Below, piece after piece: positions 39,461-52,046 of a stretch of 64,000 bases of DNA (position 1 is its first letter; the number at the start of each line of letters is the position of its first letter). Below the pieces are notes generated by a model. It searched no databases, was not told the DNA's origin, and saw nothing but the letters and a program-made list of their open reading frames with translations. The stretch is from Vitrella brassicaformis CCMP3155 (Eukaryota > Protista > Chromerida): positions 1 to 64,000 of the forward strand of contig CDMY01000357.1 of the NCBI GenBank assembly GCA_001179505.1, given 5' to 3'. The position numbers and the translations under genes were made by a program.

Positions 39461-40168
39461 ACAGCTCAATGCTGTACTCATTCGTGGCGTCTTTCCTTAC
39501 CTAACTGATCCGCGAGGTCGCTCAGTGACTCTCCGAAATCATTATCGCCTAAGTGCACAACCGGCATGAGAAAAGTGTGCTTCTCTGTGCGTTGTGTGAT
39601 GTGCGAACCGCCTTCTGGAATATCGCTGCAGGACAAAGCCGTCAGGCGGTATAGGCGCTACGGTTCAAACAACAAGACGACATCAGACACCTCAATGCTA
39701 TGCATACCTACCCACTCACCATTCGACGACGAGGGGCCGGGCGCGTCATCAAACGGGATGGTGCCTAAACAGCAACGCACAATCATGTGACAAGTGTCAA
39801 CCAGTCACTTTCTGCATCGTCCGCGTTGTGTTTGAGCATCTCACCAAAGTTGCTGGCGCTCGCTGCAGCACACACGGCCTGCACACGCACAGACACACGC
39901 ACAGACACACAGTCAAAAAGGGACGTCCGTATTCAAAGGCAAAGTGCCGTGGATCCGTGTCTGCCTGTCTTATCTGTCTTTGGTGTGATGCCGTCAGTCC
40001 GTCCGTCTACCTGTGGCCCTTGGAATGGTGTGTCCTCCTCCTCTTCCTCTTTCTCCTCATCGTCATCGTCGTCGAGCTCCTGATGCACAAACATCAGCGA
40101 ATGGGCTTCATTTGTGTGGCTCATTCCAGTGACTGTACGTTCAATGCTGCTGCTGCTGCTCCGAAGAG

Positions 40169-40899
40169 TCAGTCGGTCGGTGTCACTGTGCCGTCGACGC
40201 GCGCCAGGAAGGTGTGCAGCCCCGTGACGATGTGTGAGTGGGAGGCACTGAGGCGGCGCACAAGGGCTGTGAAGGGAGGGGGAGGCGCGATGTGCGGAGC
40301 CGTCGAGAAGAGTGCAGTGAAGGGCGGAAGGATCTCGGCCAGCCGTCGTTGCTCATCGGCTCTGCTCAGGATGATGGCGATGTCTAGCTCCTCGGCCTCG
40401 ATGGGCAGCTCTCGACTATACGTGAGCCCGCCCGCCAAACAGAGAAACCAAACACAAACAGACAGGCCGTGTCTGCTGCGATGGGCTCGATGCGCGCCAT
40501 TAGGGCGTCATTGAAGTCCCTCTTCTCTTCGTCGCTCATCGTCATGTCCTCCCCCACAATATTGAGCTCCCTGCGATGAACAATGCGCTCCTCGGCCTGA
40601 ACACGACAGCACGCATTCATCAATATCCCGTTGTTCTCTGCTCCCAATGGCTCTTGTCTTCCCCAACCTTCTCCAAGATTGCCTACCTCGAAAGGCATTC
40701 TGTCAACGGCCTTGGCAACGTCTTCATCGGTGGTCCGGTGGGCGGCGAGGACGGCCCGAACAGCCGCAAAGTCCTCAGGCGCCGGCTGGTTGCGAGGGTC
40801 GTTGATCTACCGTCGGTGGTCCTCCATGACTTGCCGGCCGTAGGGGCTGTTGAAGGGGTCGTCGGACCAAATGGCCATGGGACGACGGCTCGTCGACAT
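40169..40899 (-). pseudogene. Decayed paralogue C with premature stop and a UIM-like motif
   Basis: MSTSRRP...DPFNSPYGRQVMEDHRR, then TAG (40807-40809), then in frame FAAVRAVLAAH...MPFE|AEERIV. Downstream AEELDIAIILSRADE. Confidence 0.55.
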
Positions 40900-42427
40900 T
40901 TGCACTCTCAAATCTGAAATTCGGAGGGGCGGGAGGGCAAAGCGGACGACACAAGCCAATCGATCAGGCGAAAAAAGAGAAACGGAAGACCTGTGGCTGG
41001 AACGAGAGCTGAATACGTCACCTATTAACAGTTCTGTCGAAAATGATGAAGAAATGCGGGTTTATTGCGATCTCTCTCCGTCTCCGTTTCTCGGAAAATC
41101 TCGCCGCGGTTGAGGGGCAGATGAAGTCAGATTAATTGTCAGATGAGATGTCATGACGTCTTCATTTCTCGCGTCAAGTACTGTACAGCAGGCTGAGCGC
41201 GCGCTGCGTGAATCGTCGCCGCACAACCCTTGTCAATTCATTCTAAGAGAGAGAACCGATGCCACAACGGTAAAGTGAGGTCGAGGAACGGCGAGACCAG
41301 CTTACGCACAGCTAAAGGAAGCGATGCCACCCAGCCAGCAATGGGACACGCCAAAATCCATCAGTGCATGAGTGCGACCCGACCGCAGCAATACCCACCA
41401 CACATTATGTCGGCTGCCTCTCCAGTGTCTCGCTTCCTCTTCGGAGCGAGTGAAGGAGGCAGAGCAGGACATCCAATGGCACCCAACAGTGACATATCGA
41501 TCGACATTCATTCATATAAGCACACAGGCAGACAGAAGAGAGAGGTAGATGCGGTGAGCACGCCAAGCCGGTTGAAAGAAAAATCAGCACCCCCGTGGAT
41601 CCTTCAAACGTAAGCGAGCACACGCACATGCAATAAGAGGTGATGTAGGAAGGAAGGACGCCTCTGAGAGGCAGGCACCCATGTACACGCAGACACGCAC
41701 AGGGGGAAACAGACAGGACAAACACTCAGCTAGAGGAGCGCTGACGGCTCCTCTTCCCCCAATCTGTCGGGGCCAACTGTACAGAGCACCCATACATCCA
41801 TCACGCAGTCAGCTAGGTAAGTTAACTGCGAGAGCACCGCATCAAGTGCAGCACTCGCGCGTCGAGCGAATTCAGCGAGAGCGTTGAGCATGGATGTCAT
41901 GTCTATGGTACAGCAGGCAAGAAGTATGCATGTCCCTGGATGGATGGATGGATGAAGGGAGCGCGCTTCCCATTTACTCGCTGGGCAAAAAAAGCGCCCA
42001 AGGAAGCAACGCCAGCCGTGTTCGTGCGTGGCACATCGAGAGGAGGGAAGAGACAGGCAGGGGACAGGTAAGTGCATTCATCGGAATGCGATTGACCAAT
42101 CACAGATGGAATCAGAGGAATGAAGACAGAGGAATGAAGAGGGTCAAAAGAGAGAAGCCCGCCCCCCGGCCCTTCAACATGCCCTTGTTGCTATGTCTGC
42201 CCCATGCCTCATCTCGAAGTTATCGCAGTCTCATTCCGCTGTAACTTCGTGATTGCCGCAGGGGTAGTGACACAGCCAACGAGAGCAATCGAAGGAAAGA
42301 AGAGAACCCGTAACCCTGCCACCTCACCTATTGCGATACCCACACTGACACGCAAACTTCCCGCCCTCTCTACTTCCTTCCTTGGCCCATTCATTCACGT
42401 AGCTATGTACATGTAATGTGTACATAT

Positions 42428-44038
42428 CTATGCCATGATGAGCTGTGCTTCGATCTGCCCTCTCAGGCGGCCGTCCCTGTCGCTCTCGTGTGTCTTGAAG
42501 AGCACCTCGTCCACACTTGTGGTCGAGTTGAGCACAAACTGTGTAGGGGGCCAGGCAGGTACAGCCCTGAAGACGCACATAAAGCATGACCGACACATGC
42601 CATCCATGACATAGGAATGTATGTGTCCGTGCGCTCTCACGGACCATGAGCAGGCCTCCTCAATCTTGACGGTGTTGGTGTGCATCTTGGCTCTGAACCA
42701 GCCTCGCTCTCCCCAGTAGGTTCCCCAGCTGTTGCGGACGATCCAGTACTCCTCGCCCTCACTGCCACACGAGACAAGACACCAACCAGAGACAGGAAAG
42801 GAATCCATCCACTTGTGTGCGTGTGTGTGTGGTTAGGCTTACTCGGTGACTCCCCATCCGACGACACTGATGATGTGGTTGATTTCCACACCAGGGTCAG
42901 TCACAATGCCACCTGCACTCACAACCATACCCACGGCACAACACATGCCCGGCCGGCCATTCTCCCTTGCCCCTCTCGTTTTGTCTTGTCACTCACCGGA
43001 GTAATCATCGATGGGATCGGAGTCCACGCCGCATGCGATCGGTCCCCTCTTGTAGATCTCAGCCTTCATGGCCTGCACGCCGCTGATGGCGCCGTACTCT
43101 GTGACAAAGTACTTGAGATACCGCGGCTGGGGCGTGCAGTTGGTGGGGCCGGGGGGATTCCAGCACGTTAGGCACTTGTGCTTGTCACTGCACTTTAGAT
43201 CTACAGCCTCGTACACTTGGCTGTCAAAGAGACAATGGCAAGAAAGCACCTTGCTTGCATACAAACGCTGTCTGTGCATCCATCTAGGTTACCATGTGTC
43301 GTCAGGGATGCCGTTGTCTGCCACGTACTTATAGGCACCCAGGTCCGTGCCGCCCCAGCACGTCCCCGCCTCCTCGCCACAGTTCAGGATGTCCTGGATT
43401 GACAGATTGCTGCAGCACCGACAGAGGGAGTGACGCGTATGAGAGGGAAAAAACGGCTGACACGTTCGTTGCAGGCTCACATGTCGGGCCATTCTGCCTT
43501 CCTTTTGATCTTGATGCGGTCCGCGAGCGCAGACATCGTCCCATGAGCCCTGAAGGTGTCACAAAGGAACAAACGATCCATCCCTTGTGCTGCACAGCCT
43601 GTCTGTCTTTGTGTCAGCCGGCCAACATGGATGCGTACCAGCAGGAGCCGCAGTAGACGGGGATGTGCTGATTCAGGTCTTTGGTGATGAAGTTCGAGCC
43701 GCTGACATTGCGCCAATCCCAGGTCTTGGGAAGCTCCTCGGCCATCATATACACGTGGGGTGGCGTGCTGAGGACCATCTGGGGCAGCGTGGACCTGATG
43801 ATGTGACACAAACAGACACAAACACACAATAGGTGGAGAGAAGAAGCTACACACACCTCCACATTCTCAGAGCTTGCCCTCCTCACCTCTCCGGCATCCT
43901 GTAATTGGGGTTGAAGCAGCCGTACTTCCTCGTGCCGGCCGGCCTGGGTGCACCTTGCATCCCCTTGGCCGCCGTGTGGCTGCCACTCACCCCCAACACA
44001 ACGCCAACCAACACCAGCAGGCAAAGTCGCAACGCCAT
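42428..44038 (-). CDS. CTSZ: Cathepsin Z/X (papain family C1A)
   Basis: Signal peptide, short propeptide with Cys (KYGCF), diagnostic [27 protein letters not shown] and [18 protein letters not shown]. Confidence 0.95.
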
Positions 44039-44146
44039 CGTTTGCAGCTGGTCCTTCAGCAATATGTTGCCGGTGAGGGTCCGATTAATCACGAGTCGGG
44101 GAGTGGTGTAGAGTGGTGTTTCCGCAAGATTCGCTTTTCGGCGGGT

Positions 44147-44181
44147 GCGAGCTTAAAAGGAAGCTCGCAAGGATAGCTCGC
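44147..44181. promoter_or_regulatory. Three copies of AGCTCGC (one inverted pair) in the CTSZ/IMP3 spacer
   Basis: tgcgagcttaaaaggaagctcgcaaggatagctcgcg; copies at 44147, 44162 and 44175. Confidence 0.6.
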
Positions 44182-44221
44182 GCTTTTTACCGCTCTCTTC
44201 TCTTTCCCCTCCTTTTTTGGG

Positions 44222-45191
44222 ATGCGTCAGCTGAAGCACCACGAGAAGAAGCTGCTGAAAAAGGTTGACTTTCTGTCGTGGAAGTCGGATGACAATATCC
44301 GTGAGGTCAGGATCCTCAGGCGGCACTACATTCAAGACAGGGAGGACTACACCAAGTAAGACAACACCAAACATCGATGGCGAAAGCAAGGGAAGGGAAT
44401 GAAGCCATGTGGTTGCTGTGTGTGGAATGTGATGGGTTTGTGCAGGTACAACAAGTTGTGTGGGCTGATAACCAAGGTGGTGGCCGCGTTGAGGAAGCTC
44501 AAGCCTAACGACGAGTACCGGATCAAAATGACACAGATACTACTCGACAAACTGTGAGCAGACACGCATCACGCGCACATCCGGCAATGAGCGGGTGTGT
44601 GTTGTCCGTGCCTGCCTGCCTGCCTGCATCCATCCATCCGTCTGTCCATCAGACACGGGATGGGTGTGCTATCCAATCGGAAGACCCTCGACGGCGTGGA
44701 CAAGATCCCCGCGTCTGCCTTTTGCCGACGGCGGCTGGCCGTGTTGCTGGTGCAGCTCAAATTCTGCGAGAACCTCAAACAGGCAGTCGGATACATCGAA
44801 CAAGGACGTAATGATCACACACACACTCACACACGCACCCACATATGATGGCATGGCAGGAAGGCATCTGCCTCCCTCGTTGATGGAGGCCCAATGGGTT
44901 GTGTGCTCTCTGTGGATGCCCCAAATGCAGATGTGCGTGTGGGCCCTGATGTGGTCAAGAACCCTGCCCTACATGTCACTCGTGATATGGAGGACCACAT
45001 CACTTGGGCACAGGGATCTGCCATCAAAAGGTATACACACAGAAAGACATGCACCGGCTGGTCCGGATGACCGGGATGGGACTGGTTGGTGGGTTTGCCT
45101 CTGTCGCCCTGTCTGTCTGTGCGTCGATTCATTCAGGCACGTTAGTCGGTTCAACGAGTCACTGGATGACTTCGAGCTCATGGGCACGTGA
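44222..45191 (+). CDS. IMP3: U3 snoRNP protein IMP3
   Basis: [63 protein letters not shown] and DDFELM. Five exons. Confidence 0.97.
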
Positions 45192-45434
45192 GCACGTGAG
45201 CAGCTTAGCTCGGGGAATCTGAGGGCCGCTCCATACATGCCGCCATTATAAAGGATGGGCGATGCGAGAAATGATTGGGTGTGGATTGGGCGGCACTTTG
45301 CTGAGTGTGGGCTGGGGATGCTCAGATCTCTTTGTGACGGACAGAGAAGACCTGTAGATAGTCTAGCAGGGGCCCCCAGCCAGGGGGCTCGAGACTTCTT
45401 CGAATTTCCTTCCGCTCCTTCCCCAAACGAAAAA

Positions 45435-48333
45435 ATGTCGTTGTTGGTGACATCGTTTGAGTCTCAGCTGGCCGTGGCACTCGACGCGCCACTCGATGGC
45501 CAGGACGATGACAAGCCGGCTCCGGACAAGGACATTCCAGCTCTCACTGGCCCCATGACGGACTCGTGCGTCATGAGCCACCTGGAGCAATTCATCAGGG
45601 CGTTGAAGGACTCCGAGCGAGCCCGTCGCAACCAGCACGCCAGCCGCGTCGTCCATAGAGTGGAGAAGGACCTCAACCGGTTTGTTACATCCATTCAGGT
45701 GTGCGCCACGCAAGCAACCGTGGGACGCAACCAACCGTGGGGGAAGGAGATGCAGTGCCTTCCTGTGAATGGATTGTGTGTGCAGAGCAGCTTCGCTGCG
45801 CTGCGGAACGAGGCTGAAAAGCTCAGGCACAAACTGCACGAAAAGGTGGCTTACTGTGTGGATGGGTGGCGGATGAATGGGGGATTAATTATCTGGGGTG
45901 GTTTTGTGTGCATGCAGGACTCTGAGCTTCAGTCCCTCCGGCGTCGGTACGCAGGACTGAAGAAATACGCGAGGTGCGTGTCACTCTTCAGCCATCCATT
46001 CTGAAAGCCCCATAGCCTTGGTGTGTGTGTCTCTCCCTCCGTCAACACAGGCAGCAGGAGGAGTTGGTCAAGAAGTACCAATCGGCGTCCAGCGAGGATG
46101 TCACCAAAGACGTAGCAGCGGCACCAGTTCCGCCTCCCGAGAACCCCCAGGCCAGCACCATTTCATCCTCAACGGTCGAGGCGGCAGCCGAGCCTGTCTC
46201 ACCCCGCAACTCACACGCGTCTGTTGCGTCGCTGCCCCAGGAGCCGCAGCAACAGCAGCTTGTTAACGAGAGCACCAGAGTGGAGGTGCCCCCCGAGCAG
46301 CGCCGCGACGTGTTGTTGCGTGCTGTGCGTCGTCAGCTGGAGGTGTCGTGGCAGCAGAATGCCGAACTCAGGCGCACTGTTGAAGCCCTCAAGAAGGAGA
46401 GGGAATTCAGCGCTGAGGAGGCGCGCAACCTCAGATGGGAGGCATGGAAGATGAGAACGGTAAGCAGCCAGCCAGACACCGGGAGGGAGGGATGGAAAGC
46501 ATGGATATATGTCATTAATGTCAGGCGCTGGCTCGTTCGTATCGGCCCATGACGTGCAGCTGGGAGACCAAGGACCGCATGAGAGACCGGTTCGCCTTCA
46601 AGACACGCTACATGCGGTCTGCCGCGGGGCAAAGGACGCCGGACATCCGGCTGCTGCGCCCCCCCACGCATCATACACCGAGAGCGGCCCTGACCGACGA
46701 CGAAACCGACTCTGCGACGGAAGACGAGGGCCTGCGGATTGCCCTGGCTCACTCCCGACAGAAGGCCTCTATGTGCCAGAGGCTCAGTGGCAGCCTCGTC
46801 GCCTTCTGCCAGCAGCTGTTGAGCCTCACTGGATGCCCGCTGTGTCAGGAGGACCTGCAGAAACCCATGGTGGTCATCCCGTGTGGACACGTACTGTGCC
46901 ACAAGTGCTGCAAGGAGGTCTTGCAGGTGGGCCGTGAGCACGGGCATATGGAAGCGAAGGATGTCCCATCCCGGACATCCAGCATTGTCCACGAACCGCG
47001 TGAAGTGGTGCGTGGAGCTGTGAGCCTCTCATCTGCACCCCCAAGACAGGTGAGTGAGTATCTGTCCGCCCTCCCAATCGAACTTAGTAATCGCATCTGG
47101 CTGTCTGTCTGTCTTTCTATCTGTGTCGGTCAACGACGGTCATTCAGGAGTGCATAGAGTGCTCTGCGTGTCCGGTGTGTCTGATGAGGTGCCCCGAGAT
47201 GGTGCAGCCGTCCTCGAGCATGCTGGTAGAGGTGAAGCTGCTGACCCTGCTCTTGTCACGTCTGAGCAGTCTGCCGGCGACCATGCCGCCGCTGGAGGCC
47301 ATGGTCCATCTGCAGGGCGACACACTCAGGCTGAAACGAAGGTGGGGGAATACACAAGCGGGGGGAGAGAGGCACACACAGAGACTGTCTGTCTGTGTTG
47401 GGTGTCTGTCTCATGTCATGATCGATCTGGCAGTATCGCTAGCCAGACGGCGCCTCCATCACGGCAGGGCCGCAGTCGGCACCAGGTCAAGCAGGCCAGG
47501 GAGGTGCGCAAGAGAGTTCGGCGCATATATCAGATGCTGAGGGGAGGTCCTAGGAAGACTCACCTACGACGTTCGTGGGCCATGCCATACCCACCGCATA
47601 TGGGGATGGGCATGGGCATGGGCGGCTTCGGCCTCCCATACCCATACCCCCAACCATGGACATGCCCCCCCTTCTCTGTCCATCCTCCATCTTCTCTTCC
47701 CGAGCCACGCACTCTGTCTGCCGCCCCGCCAGCTGCTGCCTATGGCCCACCACCCGGTATGTCTGTGTCTCTCCCCGTCCCTCCCTCCGCCAACAAGCGC
47801 CCTGTGACAGCTCCAGCGGCAAAGGACACCTCACCCACGGCACATCTGCCGCCCCTGGTCCCCCCGCCTCTGCCCCCCTCCCCGTCTGTCAACGCCTTTG
47901 GGATGCCCGTGCCATCCTCGGAGGGGCAGCCGTCGCCGATGATGATGTCGGCCTCATCGGCCTGGCATCCCTTCCCCCCGCAGCCAGATCCACTTGCAAA
48001 TGGCCTCCCTCCTCTGCCTGTGGGGATGGCGGGCATGCCCCCCTCCATGCCCCCCAACATCCCGATGGGTCTGTTCCACCGGATGCCGATGGACGAGGAG
48101 GTCGATGACGGCAGGGACGACGGCATACCTAACGCATGGCTCATGTCACTACGGAGGGCGGGAGACATGGCCTACAGGTGGGCTGAGACAGACGCCTCTC
48201 TGCCCTGCCTATACATACCCACCCATACGTCTGTCTCTGTCCCCCCTGTCATGGTGTGTGCAGCCCGAGTGCGTTTGAGCAGCGGCGATTGCCCAAGGTG
48301 ATGCACTCCACCATGACGGTGACCAAAAGGTAG
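45435..48333 (+). CDS. Coiled-coil + UIM-like + RING-HC + Pro-rich protein (putative E3 ligase)
   Basis: Coiled-coil exons, EDEGLRIALAHSRQ, CPLC...PCGHVLCHKC...CPVC, then a long Pro-rich tail. The 3' end is modelled by splice to stop 48331-48333. Confidence 0.7.
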
Positions 48334-48554
48334 CTCCATCCGCAGCAGTGTAGTGGTGCTCTGAATGCATTCATGGATCGTTTCAATCGACCGACTCACA
48401 GACGATTTCATGTGTGAGTCCATCTATGGGCGCATACATCGACATGGTCTGCATGTAGTTGGCACAATGCTCGCTGTACATGAATTCATGTACCGCCGGC
48501 TGACTCGGTGAACATCACCAGCCAACAGCACCAGTCAACACCTATGGGCTGGCG

Positions 48555-51500
48555 TCACCGACTGACGCACTCATGGCTGGCCGCCTTTCTGTCCCGCCCC
48601 TTGCCCTTCTTGGACCGGAGCGACTTGCTCTTGAGCATACTGCAAACACACACACACACATCCATCCATCCATGCGGATGAAACGCACCACCCACTACTC
48701 GGCTTCCTCTGCTGAATCGCTTCACTTACACTTTGCCTTCGTAGAGGTCCACCTCCCGAATGTCGATGTTGAGCGCCTTCTCCAGCTTCCGTATCACGAA
48801 GCGCGTGTCGGGAGTGACGAAGTTCATGACCACCCCAGGATTGCCCGCCCGGCCCACACGACCCGCCCGGTGGATGTAGTGCTCGGCGTCGGTGGGCAGG
48901 TCCAGGTTGACAACGTGACTCAGCCACGGCACGTCCAGCCCACGTGCACCCAGCTCTGTGGAGACGGCCATGCCGATCTGCCCGTTCTGCATCCGCTTGA
49001 ACACCTCCGCACGGTCGTCCTTGGACGTGAAACCGGACAGCGGGGCCGCTGCAGCCAACAGAAGGCAGTCCAGTGCTGTTGTGGTTGGTTTGGTTGTGTT
49101 GGTGGTAGTGACTGACCGATGATCTGTTTCTGCAGGAGGTGGTCGACGAGCCACTTGACGCGGCCCTGCTTATTGCAGAAACACAGGACGCGCTTGTCCA
49201 CCGGATCTGAACACACACGCATACACACACCCACACAGACAGACACATACCTCGACACACAAACAACCTCCCTCGTGCTGTGCTGCGTGAATCCGCCCAT
49301 CCATCCAGCCAGGTTTGGTAGGGTAGGTACCTGTGTGGAGGAATTTCCTGAGTGCCTCTGTGACTTTGTCTTCCCGCACACACATGAAGATGTGGTGTAT
49401 GTTGGGGGGGATGAGGGGCACCCCTTCGTCGGAGTGCTTGACGCCACCAGGCCGGATCACGTGCCACACCGGACGCATGTACCTGATGGATGGACGAGGG
49501 AGGGAGGGAGGCATCGATTCAACATCCATCCAACAAAACGTGTATGTACGCGACAAACGTCTGTAAGTTTCAACTGTCCATACGCACCTTTTGGCGGCCT
49601 GTGTGACGCTCTTTTGAGCACCGGTGGCTGATGCGAAGATGGTTTGCCTATGTGTGGAGTGGGTGCCCTTGGGGATGGTCGCCATCAGACTTTCCAACTG
49701 GCCCTCATACGGATCCTGCATTCATAGACACACAAACCACTCAAACCATACATGCACGGGTGGAAAGAAACACGCCCTCTGCCCTGCCCACTTACTTACC
49801 CGTATGAGTTGGTCCACTTCGTCAAGCACGAGATACTTGACGCGGCTGAGGTCCACTTTCCGACGGTCCAGCACAAAGTCGTACAGCCGGCCTGGAGTTC
49901 CCACCACCACCTCGGGGCCGCCCTTGAGCTGCTCCAGCTGATACTTGGGGTTAGCACCGCCCAGCAGCATGGCGCACCGAAGACCAGTCCCTTCCAACAC
50001 CACGCGACACACCTGACATGACAAACACACACATCAACCAGAGAGGAAGGGTGGGAATGACGAAAAGTACAGCCGTTCGTTCATCAATGCACCCACCCTT
50101 TGTATGTTTCCTCTTACCTTGGCGATCTGCGCGACCAGTTCCCTCCCGGGCGCCACAATGAGGAGCTCGGGACCCCTCCTCCGCCCCTGCACACCTCCCC
50201 GATTGCCATTGATATCGGTGGCATTGGTGGCAGCCGTTGCCCCATGCTCATTCAGCATGCGCTCGAGCAGCGGCAGGAGGTATGCGAGTGTCTTGCCGGA
50301 TCCCGTGTGTGCGTGTATGATGAGGTCGTCGCCCTGCAGAATGCGTGGGATGGCCTTGATCTGCGTGTGGGTGGGGTTGAGGATGCCGCCACGCCGCAGG
50401 TTCTCCACCATCATGGCGTTGCCGATGCCGATGTCCGGGTCGGTGAACCGCCGCTGCTTCTCGGGGTCGACGTAACCCAACTCGGCGAAGTCAAACACAC
50501 CGTCGTAGCGGGAAATACGACTGCCCTTTTGTGGCGGCCGCGTGCTCGTCTCACGCTGGTCGGTCACCGTGGCATTCGTCCTGCTCTGCAACTCTTCAGT
50601 GGCTCGCAGGGCCGTCTGGACGAGGTCGTGGCTGGAGCTCTCCACCCCACCCAGGCCCTCATCTGACTGCAGGAAGGGCAGACCGGTGTCGTCAGAGTCA
50701 GCCACGTCAACATCACCACCTGCTTTCTGCAACAACAGATACAGGCAGGTAGGGAGGGAAAGTGTGCATGAGGTGGGCAGGCCGGGTACTTGTGTGTGTG
50801 CGTGTGTAGGTACCTGCTGCCTCTTCTTCTTCTTCTTGGTCGCGAGAAAGCCGTGTTGTTTCTTCCACTCAATGATGCTGTCTGGGCGCTCCCTAGTGGA
50901 CACTGGTGCATCAGGCGACGACCCAGCAATGGCAGCTGAGGCGACGGACAGAGGCCGGACAGACTCGGATGGCTGCTGCGGTGGCGCTGTTTTGGTGTGC
51001 CGTGACCGGTCGGGCGGCCGCAGTTTGAACGAGCGAGTGTCTTGGTCGGTGAGTCCGGTGGTGAGGTACTGGAGCATGGCCGAGCCCTTGGTCTGCTGGC
51101 CGTCCCCCACGTCATCCTCAGTGTCCCGATAGTACCGCCGGCCCCGCACTGCAGTAGGTGAGTCTGACCTGCCGCCCTGAAAAAACACACAGATTGTTGA
51201 ATAGGCAGGCAGCCATGAACGAATGAATGAGAGGGGCGGGATTGACATGTATGAGACTGGTCGCAGTTAGTTAAATACCCACCTGTGCGGCTCCCCCAAC
51301 TCCAAACTTCTTGTCCAGCCGTTCCAGCATGCCATCCAAATCCAACCCACGCAACTGAGAAAAGGGCAACACACACAGAGTGATGGATGCGCCATCCATC
51401 CATCCATCCATCCAGTCAGCCGCACCTGTGGGTCTTTGTCCATTTGTATGGATCCATCGGGTGCCTTGAAGCTCTGCACCCGCCGCCAGGCTGCCCTGTC

Positions 51501-51903
51501 CTCGTCGGTCTCCTCGTCCACATCATCCTCATCCTCACCGTCGTCGTCAGATGATGATGCTGCCGACACACCACCACCACTACCACCTGCACCACCACCG
51601 CCCCATCCCTTGTCCATCTCAAGCACGTCACCAAAGGGCTGCTGCCGACGGGAAACAGACGATAGGGCAAGGGGTCGGCGAACGGAGCGCCGTGGTCCAA
51701 TTGCACGCCCATGTGAGGTAGAAACCCGCCTGCAAACACGACGGCGCTCTTGAGGAGGTGTGCGGCGTGATCTGTGCTCTTTGACGTCACCTGCTTGTTG
51801 TTGCTTTGTTCGCGATGAATGCCGTAGATCTGTGAAGCTGCAGACATTCGCGAGGGTCCATTGCTGCCTGCAAGGCGCAACCCGCTGTCAGCAACGCCTT
51901 CAT
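48555..51903 (-). CDS. DEAD-box RNA helicase, probably plastid-targeted
   Basis: PTHTQ, AHTGSGKT, PGREL, TPGRL, DEVD, SAT, ARGLD and HRAGRVGR. The N-terminus models as a signal ending STAF plus an Arg/Ser-rich transit peptide. Confidence 0.95.
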
Positions 51904-51921
51904 CCTTTCCTCTGCTCGCCA

Positions 51922-51943
51922 AGCTCGCAAATGCCAAGCTCGC
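51922..51943. promoter_or_regulatory. Two tandem AGCTCGCAAA motifs, helicase/hypothetical spacer
   Basis: gccaagctcgcaaa repeated, with core copies at 51922 and 51937. Confidence 0.6.
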
Positions 51944-52046
51944 AAAGGATCGGCTTGAAGGCGTTCTGAAAAAGATCTGCACAGCAACAAACACTAAGGA
52001 GGAGGAGAGCCGCTGCAGCCGAAGATCTGCGAAGATCTGCGAAAGA

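Noticed and set aside
41405-41900. Possible small minus-strand gene (MLNALAEFARRASAALDAVL...)
   Set aside because: A few exon-like pieces, but no consistent spliced model or homology.
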